Shown: positions 38,343 to 50,675, counted from the first letter of the stretch. The stretch is 64,000 bases of DNA from Macrostomum hystrix (GCA_950097015.1 CATNEN010000038.1:434001-498000), one strand, 5' to 3'. The notes: generated by a model not told the origin, from the sequence alone. Translations and numbers: made by a program.

Positions 38343-41300
38343 CTAGCCGATCTGGTCTTTTAGAGTCTTGAGCTCAGCAGTGAAAAATGCCTCTAGATCC
38401 TTGGTGTCGCGAAATTCGTCGCTAACAATGGGATTGTAGAGCCGAGAATTGGCAAAGATTAGCTCGACGTCGGCAATGAAATTCCCTAGTGATTTGTAGC
38501 GTTTCTTAACTAGCTTCTGGCGCACGGTGCCCAGATCCATAGGCTCGGCCACGATGGTCAGGTAGTCACGATATTTCTTGGTGTCCACTGGTCGCAAAAA
38601 TATGCTGGCGGATCGGCGGCTGCATACTCGCTGAAGCAGTTCAAGTAGTTGAGCGTGCAGGCGAGAGTTGATCACCACCTGGGTGTTTGGATTGCGGGTA
38701 AGATATAAAATACGAGCGTATGTTGAAGTTACAGAAGGTCTGGCTTAGTACTTCGCTGAGCTTTCCAGCAGTTTTTAAACATTTGTATCCAGTTATGTAC
38801 CTTGACGTACCCCATTACTAACGTACCCCAGTACTAACGTACCCAAGTACCAACGTACCCCAGTACTAACGTACCCCAGTACTAACGTACCCCAGTACTA
38901 ACGTACCCCAGTACTAACGTACCCCAGTACTAACGTACCCCAGTACTAACGTACCACAGTACTAACGTACCACAGTACTAACGTACCCCAGTACTAACGT
39001 ACCCAAGTACCAACGTACCCCAGTACTAACGTACCCCAGTACTAACGTACCCCAGTACTAACGTAACCCAGTACTAACGTACCCCAGTGCTAACCTACCC
39101 AAGTACTAACCTACCCAAGTACCAACGTATCCCAGTACTAACGTACCCCAGTACTAACGTACCCAAGTACTAACGTACCCCAGTACTAACGTACCCCAGT
39201 ACTAACGTACCCCAGTACTAACGTACCCCAGTACTAACGTACCCCAGTACTAACGTACCCCAGTACTAACGTACCCCAGTACTAACGTACCCCAGTACTA
39301 ACGTACCCCAGTACTAACGTACCCCAGTACTAACGTACCCCAGTACTAACGTACCCCAGTACTAACGTACCCCAGTACTAACGTACCCCAGTACTAACGT
39401 ACCCCAGTACTAACGTACCCCAGTACTAACGTACCCCAGTACTAACGTACCCCAGTACTAACGTACCCCAGTACTAACGTACCCCAGTACTAACGTACCC
39501 CAGTACTAACGTACCCCAGTACTAACGTACCCCAGTACTAACGTACCCCAGTACTAACGTACCCCAGTACTAACGTACCCCAGTACTAACGTACCCCAGT
39601 ACTAACGTACCCCAGTACTAACGTACCCCAGTACTAACGTACCCCAGTACTAACGTACCCCAGTACTAACGTACCCCAGTACTAACGTACCCCAGTACTA
39701 ACGTACCCCAGTACTAACGTACCCTAGAATTATTCTTATTTCAGCAACAAACCGCAATTAGTACGTATAAACAATTAACAGATTCTGGATCTCACCTGAT
39801 GATTGCTCTTTGCCTTTCTACTTGAGCGACACTTGACGCAGGTGTAAGAAGCCAATGCTTTGGCCTTGGCCTCGGACAGGCCGACGCATTCAACGTGAAA
39901 CCAGTCGTCGCAAACGTCGCAGGCCAAATAGACTCTGGTGGCGTCGTAGGGTGTCCGACAGACGCAGTAGAGGTCGGCTTCGCCAGACGCTGGCGCTGTT
40001 GACCTTCCGCGAGGTTTCGTGGTAGCCGCAGTCGGCTGCGGGACGGTCTCCTGGCGGCAGGACCGGCACAGATAGCCGTCCAATTTGGCGGCCTCGGCCT
40101 CGCTGAGCCCGATGCATTTTCCGTGATACCAATTGTCGCACTTGTCGCAGCCGATGTAGAACTGCGCCGGATCGTATGGCTTAAGGCAGACGCAGTAGAG
40201 CGGCTCCTCCGGCTCCGCTGCTGAGAGCTGGGGACGCTTCTTGGCGACATCCGAGTCGCCCTCAGCCGGAGATTGCGCTGAACGACGACGCTTTCGGCTG
40301 GGGGTGGCGGCGGCAGTCTTTGTTGGCGAAGAGGACGGCTCCATATGCTGCTGCTGCTGCTTTCGCTTCTTGCCCGAAGCTGAACTGCCATCGTCACCTC
40401 CGCCGCTGATAACACTGGCAAAGACGTCGTCAAGATTGTCAGCCATCGTCGCGGTGGCTGCCGCTGAACCAGAAGACGAAATTTTTCGACCCGAAGGCGG
40501 CGAAATCGATCGCTTTTGCTGCTTTTTAACTTTCTGCTCCGATTGAGTTGGTTGCTGCTGCTGCTGCTGCTGCTTCAATGGCGTTGGCTTTTTTGCTGAC
40601 ACCGTAGACGGCGGCGGCGAAGGCAGTGTTGGAGGCGACAGCGGCTTCCGCTTGGCCTCCTCGCGTTCCTGCTCTAATTCTAGGCGCATCTCCTGGCAAG
40701 CCAGCTGACGGCGCTTGAGCATGCTCACCTTGAGCTGGGCAGCGCGGCCAGCAAGTGCTTTTAACAGACGATCCCGGCGTTCGGCGCTAGCTGCGGCTGC
40801 GGCCGCCTGTTGCTTGCGCTGCTCGAACTGGGACTTCTGAATTTGCTGCTGCTGTTGATGTTGTTGCTGTTGCTGCTGCTGCTGATGTTGTTGCTGCTGC
40901 TGCTGATGTTGTTGCTGCTGCTGCTGATGTTGTTGCTGTTGCTGCTGCTGCTGCTGATGTTGTTGTTGTTTTTTTTGCTGCTGCTCTTGCTGTTGAGCAG
41001 TAGTGGGCTGTGAGGGAGCAACTGAAACAGACGGCCTTGAACGCTTCCGATCGGACAGCTCGAATGATTCCTCTTCGTCATCGGCGTTGACGTTCGATTG
41101 GCCGCCAATAGCTCGACGGAGAGCCTCAAGCTGCTGCTGCGTTTTAGGGTCCATTGGTGCATCCTGATCATCTTCAGTGCGACGAGCGAATACCTGGTAT
41201 TTAATAGAAAATTAGACTTTAGGGTTGATAACTTTTTACTTTAATACATTTGTACTTTAGCAAATTCGTACTCTAGTACATTCGTACTCTAGTACATTCG

Positions 41301-44300
41301 TACTCTAGTACATTCGCACTCTAGTACATTCGTACTTTAGTACATTCGTACTCTAGTGACCTACCGGCTTGCGTAGAAAAGAACTGGCGCTCAGTGAAGT
41401 TCGCTGCCTGTCTCCGCCAGCGCTAGCCGCAGCAGCAGCCGCAGCGGCGATTCGCGCTGTAATTGGATTTCCACCAGCGCTGCCGGCGACGGCCATGATC
41501 CGTGGCGCTCCGCCAATGTTGAAGTTGACAATCTTCGGCTGCTGCTGCTGCAGCTGCTGCGCAAAGGGCAGAGGCGGTGGCTGCTGCGGCGGCTGAGGCT
41601 GCGGCTGTGGCGGCAGTTGCAACGGCTGCACCGGCTTGGGCTGGGCAATCTCTCGCAGTTTCTCGTTTTCTTTGAGATTGCGCAACGCCTTTACCATCCG
41701 AGTCTGATAATAGAGGACCTCCCACAGGTGCAGATCTTTCTCGCGCAGCCATTCTTCCACAGTCTGGCTGCGAGTCTCCTTGTAGGAGTTCTGGCCGCGA
41801 CCAGCTCGATTTCCTCGACGACGTCGATTTGACGAACGCTGGCCGTTGCCGCCAATGCCCGGCATCCAGTCTTCGTCGCCGGACTCAGCACCGGCATTAG
41901 CGTCATCGTCGTCTAGGATGTCGTCGGCGCCCTGAAGAGCTGCGGCGTAACGCCCGATGACCGGGACGCTGGTGACGATGGTTTTTTCAACCAGGTAGCG
42001 ATAGGTCAGGCCGCAACTGTCCAGCTGTTGGTGACTGCGGACCACTCGACTTATCTGGTTGGAGATTTTTGTTGGAGCAAATTTTTGTTTATAGATGTAC
42101 AGTCAATTTGGTAGCACCGCTAACAACGAGTAAATTTTACACTTGAGCAAACTGAAGCATTCTTGATTGTCTCTTTACCTTCTGTCTCTGCAGCTCTGCT
42201 TGGCTCACGCTTTACACCTTTCCTATCCTCCCTCCTTCATTCCTATTCCTAGTCTATGATTGGTCGCCTCCTCGCTTTCTTTGATTGCAACTGTGTATTG
42301 TGCAATGTGGCCAAGCAGTTTTATTCGCCTTCCTACCTGTTTCTTTTCTTTGCCGGAATCGCCGCCTCCGCCTGCGGCCGGGCCAGAAGCTTGCGGCACG
42401 GTGTACTCGCCAGTCTCCTGATTGGCTCCGGGACAGTCGGACAGGATCTCATCCCAGGCTAAGCAGTGATGCAGCATGCGCATTGCGAAAGCCAGGCTGA
42501 ACACGGTGGGCTCAGACAGGAGAATGTTGAGCCACACGGAGCAGACGGACGGCCTGGGAGCCGGGTAGGGCCAGCGGCACAGGGCCGGCAGTTTTCTTTC
42601 ATAGTTGAATCCGGGCAGCTCCCAGCGACCTCCACGCCTGGCCAGCTTGGCTAATTGGACGCGCGGCTGATTAAAGATGCCGCTAGGCGATCGACTAGCC
42701 GGTGGCGGCTTCGGGCTGGAGTACTGCTCGGGCGCCGTGACGGACACGCCGCTTACCTGGCATGTTTAAGGTATGAATACCAGATTTATGGCTTAATGAA
42801 TGACCGTGAATAATCATGATGAATGACCTTCGATGATCATAGCGAATGAACTTGATCAATCGTAATGAATGGTTATTTAAATGATCGAAGTCAATCACTG
42901 CAAAGAATACTATATTACAGACTTTATAACATGTTTCACATATTCACAGTCTCAAATAGGAATAGCTATCTATCAATCCAGCAGACTTACATGGCACACA
43001 GGCTCGCTAGTAGCCCGGGCATCTCCAGCTAAGCAGGCCAGCACTTTGCGGCACCTGGCAATGGACAGCTGCAGATCTCGGCAGCGGTGCTCGATGGCGG
43101 CGTTGATTAGCGTTGCCGTAGCGCGAACTCGCACCGGACCCTGCGGCACCGACAACACCGCAGACCGGCGACCGCCGCCGTGCGCATTCTGCGCCGATCG
43201 GACAGCCATGGCAGAAGCCGATGTCGCTAGCGAAGTTGGCGTGGCCTGCAGTTGCAAACCGCTGGGCCCAAATCCAAACGGACTGGCCGATTGGCCTGAG
43301 AATCTACCGGAGCGAGCGAACATCGGCTGCTGCTGGGGCAACTGCGGCACCAGCTGCTGCTGCTGCTGCTTTCGTTGATGGGGCGACGGGCGAGCAATGG
43401 CCGGCTGCAGATGCTGCTGATGCCGCTGAAGAAGTTGCGAAGAGGGGGTCGGAGCGGCGACAGTTCGCCTAGCCGAGAAGCCTTCGAAAGGATCGTAGTC
43501 GTCGAATGCAGAGGCCGATTGCCGCATCGACTGTTGTGCCGGCGGCGATGCCGGATAATCGTCGTATTGCCGACGACCGCGACCGCGTCCTCGACCGCCG
43601 CGACCTCGACTGCTGCGACCGCGTCCGACGCTGGGACGGCCCAGAGAGGCCGGCGCAACTCGCGGCCGCGGCCGCCTGCCATAAAAATCTTCGTAATCGT
43701 CGCCAATTTCGTCGTCGTCCAATTCGTTGTCGAATTCGTCACCGCGGCCAGCGGCTGAGAAGCGATTCGGAGGCGGCGCCGCCAGACGCGACTGGCCCGA
43801 AGCCAAAGACGTCATCGTTGTCGGAGCCACAACGCGAATCGCCGACATTGGCGTAGGAGCGGGCCGGATCACGGAGTTGACTATCGAAGTTGAACTGGGC
43901 GGTGCTATTCGAACAACCGTGGCCAATCCGCCGCTGCCGACGCCACCGACGCTGACGTTTCCACCACCGCCGCCAACAGATCCAGGCAGGCGTTTGACAA
44001 CCAGATTAGTGGCAGCTGGTCCTCCAAGGATTAGCGGCACTTTGACTACGGACGCTGGCGCGCCGACTACTTTAATTCCGCTGCCACCAGCTGTGGCACC
44101 GCCGAAACGAATCACCTGAGCCCAATTGTATGCGGGTATATTGTGGGAACAAAAATGATGGGATTAGAGATTATAATGTTAGGATTAGGGACTAAAATGT
44201 TGGGATTCAGGATCAGAATGTTGGGGGGTCGGTGGCAGAACGATTAACGGTTTGCCACTCGCACTAAAGTCCTTGAGTTCGATTCTGCGGCGAGGCCCCA

Positions 44301-47300
44301 TTTATTTCGGGCACAGCCGCGTAGAGAAGGTTTGGAGGCTTGTCGTGCAATTTACCTCCCTTGAGGACACAGCCCTCCTGCAATTATTTTTATTATCAGA
44401 ATGTTGGGATTATGAGATTATGTGGTGTCTTAAGATCATGATAACAAACAGGGGTCACGGAAAGTGTTCTAGATATTGTTGGTTTGAGAATCAATCTGCG
44501 GATATTTAAGATATTTTATTTTCACTCGACTTTGGACTGAAGAGATTAGAGACATTAGAGGTTTTAGAATCTCAATCTGAGCATGCTCGCAAATCCAAAA
44601 GCTAGATAAAATCACCAACCTGCGGTTGAGACTGAAACTGCTGCATCATCGGCTGCTGACTATGCTGCTGTTGCATTGACAACTGTTGAGCATAAACACC
44701 TTCATCGTTATAGTCGCTATCTCCCTCCTCAAACTGGGGATCATTGTCAAAATTGTCATCATCCTCATCGGCGCTGCTGCCGTAGCCGCCGCCGTCCAAC
44801 TGCGGCACAGCGCCGGTGGGTCTGGACAAGCGGCCACCGTTAGTAATCAACTGCTGCTGCTGAAGCTGCTGCTGAGCTAGGAGAAGCTGCTGCTGTTGCT
44901 GCTTCGCATTGTCCCGTCGGTTGGCTAAAGTTTCAGTAAGAACTGCCAGCTCCTCGGTCATGGATTCTAATTTGCGCTCCAGGGCCGGGATCTGGATTGC
45001 ATAGGAACTGATTAGGGCTTCGCGATTGCCTAGCAACTGATCCAGGACACAGCCGGGCGACCTTTTATTCTGCTGCTTTTGCTTGCGTGCCTTGCTTAGC
45101 CACATCCAACCGTCGCCGGCCCGCAGTCGAAATTCTTCGCCACTCTGCCGATATACCTGGATTGATAGTAACGGCAAATTATCCCTAAACGATTCCCTTA
45201 TTAGCTTATCCTATGGTTGTTATTATCCTCTGATAATGCAGCCCTTATCCCGCGATAATTGATACGTTATCCCCTGATCATGGATCTGTCCTCCACTGAT
45301 CATAGATCTGTCCTCCACTGATCATAGATCTGCCCTCCACTGATCATAGATCTGTCCTCCACTGATCATAGATCTGTCCTCCCCTGATCATAGATCTGCC
45401 CTCCACTGATCATAGATCTGTCCTCCACTGATCATAGATCTGTCCTCCACTGATCATAGATCTGTCCTCCACTGATCATAGATCTGTCTTCCATTGATCA
45501 TGGATCTGTCCTCCCCTGATCATAGATCTGTCCTCCACTGATCATAGATATGTCCTCCACTGATCATAGATCTGTCCTCCCCTGATCATAGATCTGTCCT
45601 CCCCTGATCATAGATCTGTCCTCCACTGATCATAGATATGTCCTCCACTGATCATAGATCTGTCCTCCCCTGATCATAGATCTGTCCTCCCCTGATCATA
45701 GATGCATACCGAATGCTTGATCGGCTTCCTATTTTTAGTTGGCACAACTGGCACATAGCCAGATTCGGTGTCCAATGCGGCCCAAGGCGATATAGTTGTA
45801 GCCGCAGCCGCCGCCTCCTTCTCAGCCTTGCGGCCGCGCTTGTGCTTCTCCTTATCAGCCGGAGTGATGTACACCAGATCCGCCAGGCCAACTCCGTCTG
45901 ACCAGAAGTTGGCAAAGCAGACCCACCGGATGCACAGAGCGAACTGCGCCAGCAGGCGAGCTAGTTGACGCGGGCTTAACTCGTCAACATCGGCGTCGTC
46001 TCGCTGATGCGCCATGAGCTGGTCGAACCAAGCGGAGCGCTGGCTAGCCCAGGAAGGGCACATGAATCCCGAGGGGAATTCTTCGGCCAGTCTGATCAGG
46101 CCCCTGCGCAGGGCCGAGAGAATTTCCCGCTCGCTGCCAACCTCGCCAGCTTTGTCCACCCAACGAAACGCGTCCAAGCAGACTTTGTAACCAAGGTGAC
46201 TGCAAGCGGAGAAACCGAATATTGGGATACTTGAATAATAATTATTGAAAATTGATTACACCTGCCCCAATCGGGCCAGATGTGCAGCCGACAGCACAGC
46301 CGCAGATATTGCGCGGCGTATCTGAAGACTGCGTACAGCTGTTCAGTCCATGGACTGGGGGGCCACACTCAGCCTTAATTACCCATAGCTAATGCAAGTA
46401 GCCATTTAACAGCTGGGTGAACTGAAGCAATACAGAGTTAAGTGTCTTGCTAAAGAACATCTGGTTTCAGTCGAGTCGGGAATCGAATCGAACCACCGAC
46501 CTCGAAGTAATGAGTCCGCCGCTCTAACTACGATGCTACAACTCTGGGATATTTAGAACAATAACAATGGATGTTAGAATAGTAACCATTGGTCTAATTG
46601 CAATCTACAAATTTCCTAGAGTTGGAATCTCAGCCAAGAAATGGTAAATAAATTGTAATTGAGAAAGACACTAAATATTTTATTGCTTCGGTTTAACCAG
46701 CTGTGAAATGGGTACCAGAAAATTTACGGCGGTAGAAATTTTAGCAGGCGCGGCGACCTACCCAGTCCATGGACTGAATAATTTGTACGCAGCCTTCGAG
46801 TTTAGTAAGCGCCTATCTGTTAGTGCCGAGATTCCAACTTCTGATCTCCGGAATGCATAGATGAAATATATTTTACTAACCGTTTCCGATTCTCTTCCTC
46901 AGCTAGCTGGTGCTTGCTAAGCGCCCGTTCGTCCGAGCTGTACGCGTTGCCATAGCGACGAAAGCCGGCGCCCAGGTCGCGCCCGGCAGCAGAACCGCCC
47001 AGAGAAGTCATCTGCTGCACCATCTGATCGCGGCATGAGTTTAATCGTTTCAATAATCGCTTCTCCCCACTCGAACTGAGCACACTGATCAGCCGGTCGA
47101 GCTGCTCGGCGTCACTGTAATACACTAGATCGTCGGTTTCGGGATCTTCGACAAATAGGCGCCTGGCGGCGAACCAGTACAGCCGGCCCGTGCGGTCGCG
47201 ACCAAGCGGACGCCTACGATGGGAATAATGCTGAGCTGTGTGCTCCTGGGGATCTCTGCAGTCCGTGACGCCAGGCAGAGAGGTGCGGACACACACCGGG

Positions 47301-50300
47301 CATTGCCAATCATCTTCGGGCACCTCGGTGATTGGCGGATCCAGGCAGGACAGGTGATACACGGCCGGGCAGGACTCGCAGCACAGCAGGTCACCGACCT
47401 GGGATGAATTGCAATATAATATGGGGATCTGGGATGAATTGCGATACAATATGTGGATCTGGGATGAATGGCTATACAATATGGGGATCTGGGATGAATG
47501 GCTATACAATATGGGGATCTAGGATGAATGGCTATACAATATGGGGATCTGGGATGAATGGCTATACTATATGGGGATCTAGGATGAATGGCTATACAAT
47601 ATGGGGATCTGGGATGAATGGCTATACAATATGGGGATCTAGGATGAATGGCTATACAATATGGGGATCTAGGATGAATGGCTATACTATATGGGGATCT
47701 GGGATGAATGGCTATACAATATGTGGATCTGGGATGAATGGCTATACAATATGGGGGTCTGGGACGAATGGCTATACAATATGGGGATCTAGAATGAATG
47801 GCTATACAATATGGGGATCTAGGATGAATGGCTATACAATATGGGGATCAAGGATGAATGGCTATACAATATGGGGATCTAGGATGAATGGCTATACAAT
47901 ATGGGGATCTAGGATGAATGGCTATACTATATGGGGATCTAGGATGAATGGCTATACAATAGTGGGATCTAGGATGAATGGCTATACAATATGGGGATCT
48001 GGGATGACTAGCAGTGCATTATGCTGACCTTTCCGCAGACCCGGCAGTGATCCTCGTAGCGCAGTCTGACATCCTCTTTCAGCATCTCCTCGCGTACCGC
48101 GCCGCACTGCACAAACAGGTCGCAGAGGTCGCGAAGAACTCGCACCCGGATGTCGGCGCTAGCCAGGGGATAATTGGCAGACACGTAGGCCAGTTGTTCA
48201 TTGGGCAGAGCTTTGGCGTACATGTGAAACAGGCAGGGCCAAGTGGAGTGACTGAGCAGCAGGTACTGATAGAAGGTTAGGCAGGCGTTCTGATCCGCGT
48301 AGCACAGCATCACCTGAATGGCCAGGTAGTTGTCTTTGTAGCACTAACACAACTAAACACCCTGAAGTACAATTTCACCAAGAACTGAAAGCCTATAAAC
48401 TGTACCTGCGAGGATTCGTCACTCTTGAGCAGTGCCCGCAGCAGGCAGATGTGAGTCTCGGCTAAAATAGCCGAGTTCTCATTTGTAGCAGACAAAGCAG
48501 CAACAAATTCTTCGTAGTGAAAGCAGGCCAATCTCAGCACAGAGGAGAAGTGGCGCAGTGTCTCGTAGACACCCAGAGAAGACATGATTAGGTAGCGAGG
48601 AAAGGCGATGTCATTTGACGACTGCGGCAGTTCCAGATCGTCAGTAGCCTCATGCTCCTCTTCTTCTTCATCATCTTCTTCATCATCGGCAGTCGCTGCT
48701 GCTGCAGAAGCTCCTGCACCAATGGCTGAGTCTTCTGCGCCAAGTGCGCTTTGGCTGTCACTAACAGCAGCAGGGCTGGGAAGATCATTGTCTGGATGTG
48801 GAGTTGGGATAAAAATGTGGATACTATTGTAGAAAAAGTAGGTTTTTTATTTTTATTTTTTTCTACAAAATTTTTGTTCAAGGTTTTATGAGAAAAATTT
48901 TAAGGACATTTTCTAAACAATGAATTTATTAAAGGAGACACATTCATTTATTATTTATGACTATGTAAAACTATGTAAGCAAATAATAATAATCACAACA
49001 AGCAGTAAGTTTACAATTAGTAACTTTCTTATCAACAGAACATACAAGGAGCTATTATTATATTTAAGTTAAATAAATTATAAAATTTTTAAGACTGAAG
49101 AGTACACAGGAATCTTAAAATTAGATATTTATGGACAGCAGTTGGCACGCTTTTTTTTCTAAAGCACAGTGTCTATGCTTGCCCTTTTCCTACTTAACTG
49201 CTACTTGAAAATACATGAGCAGCCAGCACTAAGAGGCATGGCTAAAGTGCACCTTTCTCAATCCTTCATAATTGTAAAGTGCGCATCCATGGGTTTTTAA
49301 CATTTATTCCAACAGGGGTCATGACTGATGGACATATAATACAATTCATAAAACAAAATAATATCTAGCAAAAGCATTTTAGTAACTATTTTGAGAATGT
49401 GAAAGTGAGTTATGAAAAACCATAATATAATAGTGATAAATAGGCATTTGGACTTATTGAGTTTTTTCATTACATTTCTGAACCTCAAAAAGAACTTGAT
49501 TTACCTTAGAAATTAATTTAAATGTTGTCTTACCATACAAATGTATTTTGTTACAAAAATATTTTAGATTTACATTACTTTCTTAATAATCAATATTAAA
49601 TTGAATAATTTTGTCATAAAATATTTAAATAATTCAATAAAAGGACATGCAAAAAGTTTAAATGTCATATAAACAAACATTACAAAAAAATTATGAAAAT
49701 ATAAAGCAATTCAGATAGGCTATATTTGATTATACATTACCTATATATTCATATGGCTTGGGTAATTGGGTATGGCTTGCATATGGCCTTCTAATTTTCT
49801 AAAGACTTTAAGGTCTCCACAAATATATATATATGTGAAAAATGTTATTTTTTGTTTTGTGATTACACTAAAATATGTTTGTAAGACTGTTTCAGGACCA
49901 AAATCTATATTTTTTACATTTAAGGCCATTTCTTGTAGAAAAAACTTATTGTCAGCTAGCTCAGCCGAGTCATTGCAGAAGCTACAATTCAGATTCAAAT
50001 TTTATCGACTAAAATTGATATAATTAAAGCTTGTTTATCATAATGTTGCTAGCTCCTTAATTTATACAGACTAATAAAGTAAAAAAACTCTTTAAACTTT
50101 GTTAAATTTTCTAATGATGTTTTAAATTTCTAAAAAAAGTAAGCAGAATAATAAATTTAGCTAGCAAAATACTAGTTCATAGGCATAGCCATGGGATAGG
50201 GCCTAGCATGGAGTAAATAAATAATCATAGAAGTAAGGCAAAAAGCAATGGCACAAAACTTGCAAAAATAAAGCTAGGCCCATGTCAAAAAACACTTTTC

Positions 50301-50675
50301 CCAATTATATAGCTCGACAAATGCTATTCTGCATATGTGTTAATAGTTTGTTAGCTATATAATATTCAGACTTAAGACTTTATACAAAAAGCATAGCTAA
50401 GCATGATTATTGCTTGTAAGGTGATTAAGGAATAAACATTTGAATTAAGTGACGTGAATATTTGCGGAATAAAAAAGACCAGTAACAGATTTTATCGAAG
50501 AAAGCATTCACATTACCAATTACGTGGGATTTACAAGTTATAAAAACACAAACAATATTTTCAAGCTAAGAAAACAGAATTGTGAATTTTTTTAAAACGA
50601 CATATACAACGGATACGAGAGCTAACAAGTTGAATCAATCTTACCGTCTTCAAAATCGTAGAATTTAGAATCCAT
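38343..50675 (-). CDS. BPTF: BPTF/NURF301 nucleosome-remodeling factor subunit (about 2070 aa; exons 50675-50645, 48791-48406, 48313-48029, 47398-46881, 46199-45710, 45156-44620, 44115-42991, 42756-42337, 42054-41365, 41193-39796, 38678-38343)
   Basis: DDT (LELPQSSNDI...VYETLRHF...LAETHICLLRALL), PHD1 (YEDHCRVCGK|VGDLLCCESCPAVYHLSC), PLGRDRTGRLYWF, WPYPAPRP, two C-terminal PHDs (LYCVC...) and a terminal bromodomain. All splice junctions are GT-AG and preserve frame. The 31-nt first exon is the least certain. Confidence 0.92.
38806..39724. repeat. 16-bp intronic minisatellite, about 57 copies (GTACTAACGTACCCCA)
   Basis: Directly visible in the last BPTF intron. Confidence 0.98.
41269..41357. 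repeat. 16-bp intronic repeat x5-6 (GTACTCTAGTACATTC)
   Basis: Directly visible. Abuts the donor of BPTF intron 9. Confidence 0.9.
44223..44378 (+). mobile_element. SINE family B 5' part
   Basis: GGGGTCGGTGGCAGAACG...GAGTTCGATTC head. Body matches 63830-64000. Confidence 0.75.
45275..45702. repeat. 22-bp intronic minisatellite, about 19 copies (TGATCATAGATCTGTCCTCCAC)
   Basis: Directly visible. Abuts the donor of BPTF intron 5. Confidence 0.96.
46294..46543 (-). mobile_element. SINE family A, near full length, CORE-like central domain
   Basis: tRNA-like head (TAGAGCGG...GGTTCGATTC), then ATGTTCTTTAGCAAGACACTTAACTCTGTATTGCTTCAGTTCACCCAGCTGTTAAATGG. Confidence 0.8.
46686..46815 (+). mobile_element. 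SINE family A body fragment in opposite orientation
   Basis: CCAGCTGTGAAATGGGTACC and CCCAGTCCATGGACTGAA match the reverse complement of the upstream copy. Confidence 0.7.
47400..48006. repeat. 30-bp minisatellite, about 20 copies, filling almost all of BPTF intron 3
   Basis: RGGATGAATGGCTATACAATATGGGGATCT in tandem. Confidence 0.97.

Noticed and set aside
16360-48012. Several arrays end next to CTAG (about 16365, 19030, 39725, 48008), suggesting Helitron 3' ends
   Set aside because: Only a 4-bp match in a minority of arrays, with no consistent sub-terminal hairpin or 5' TC end.
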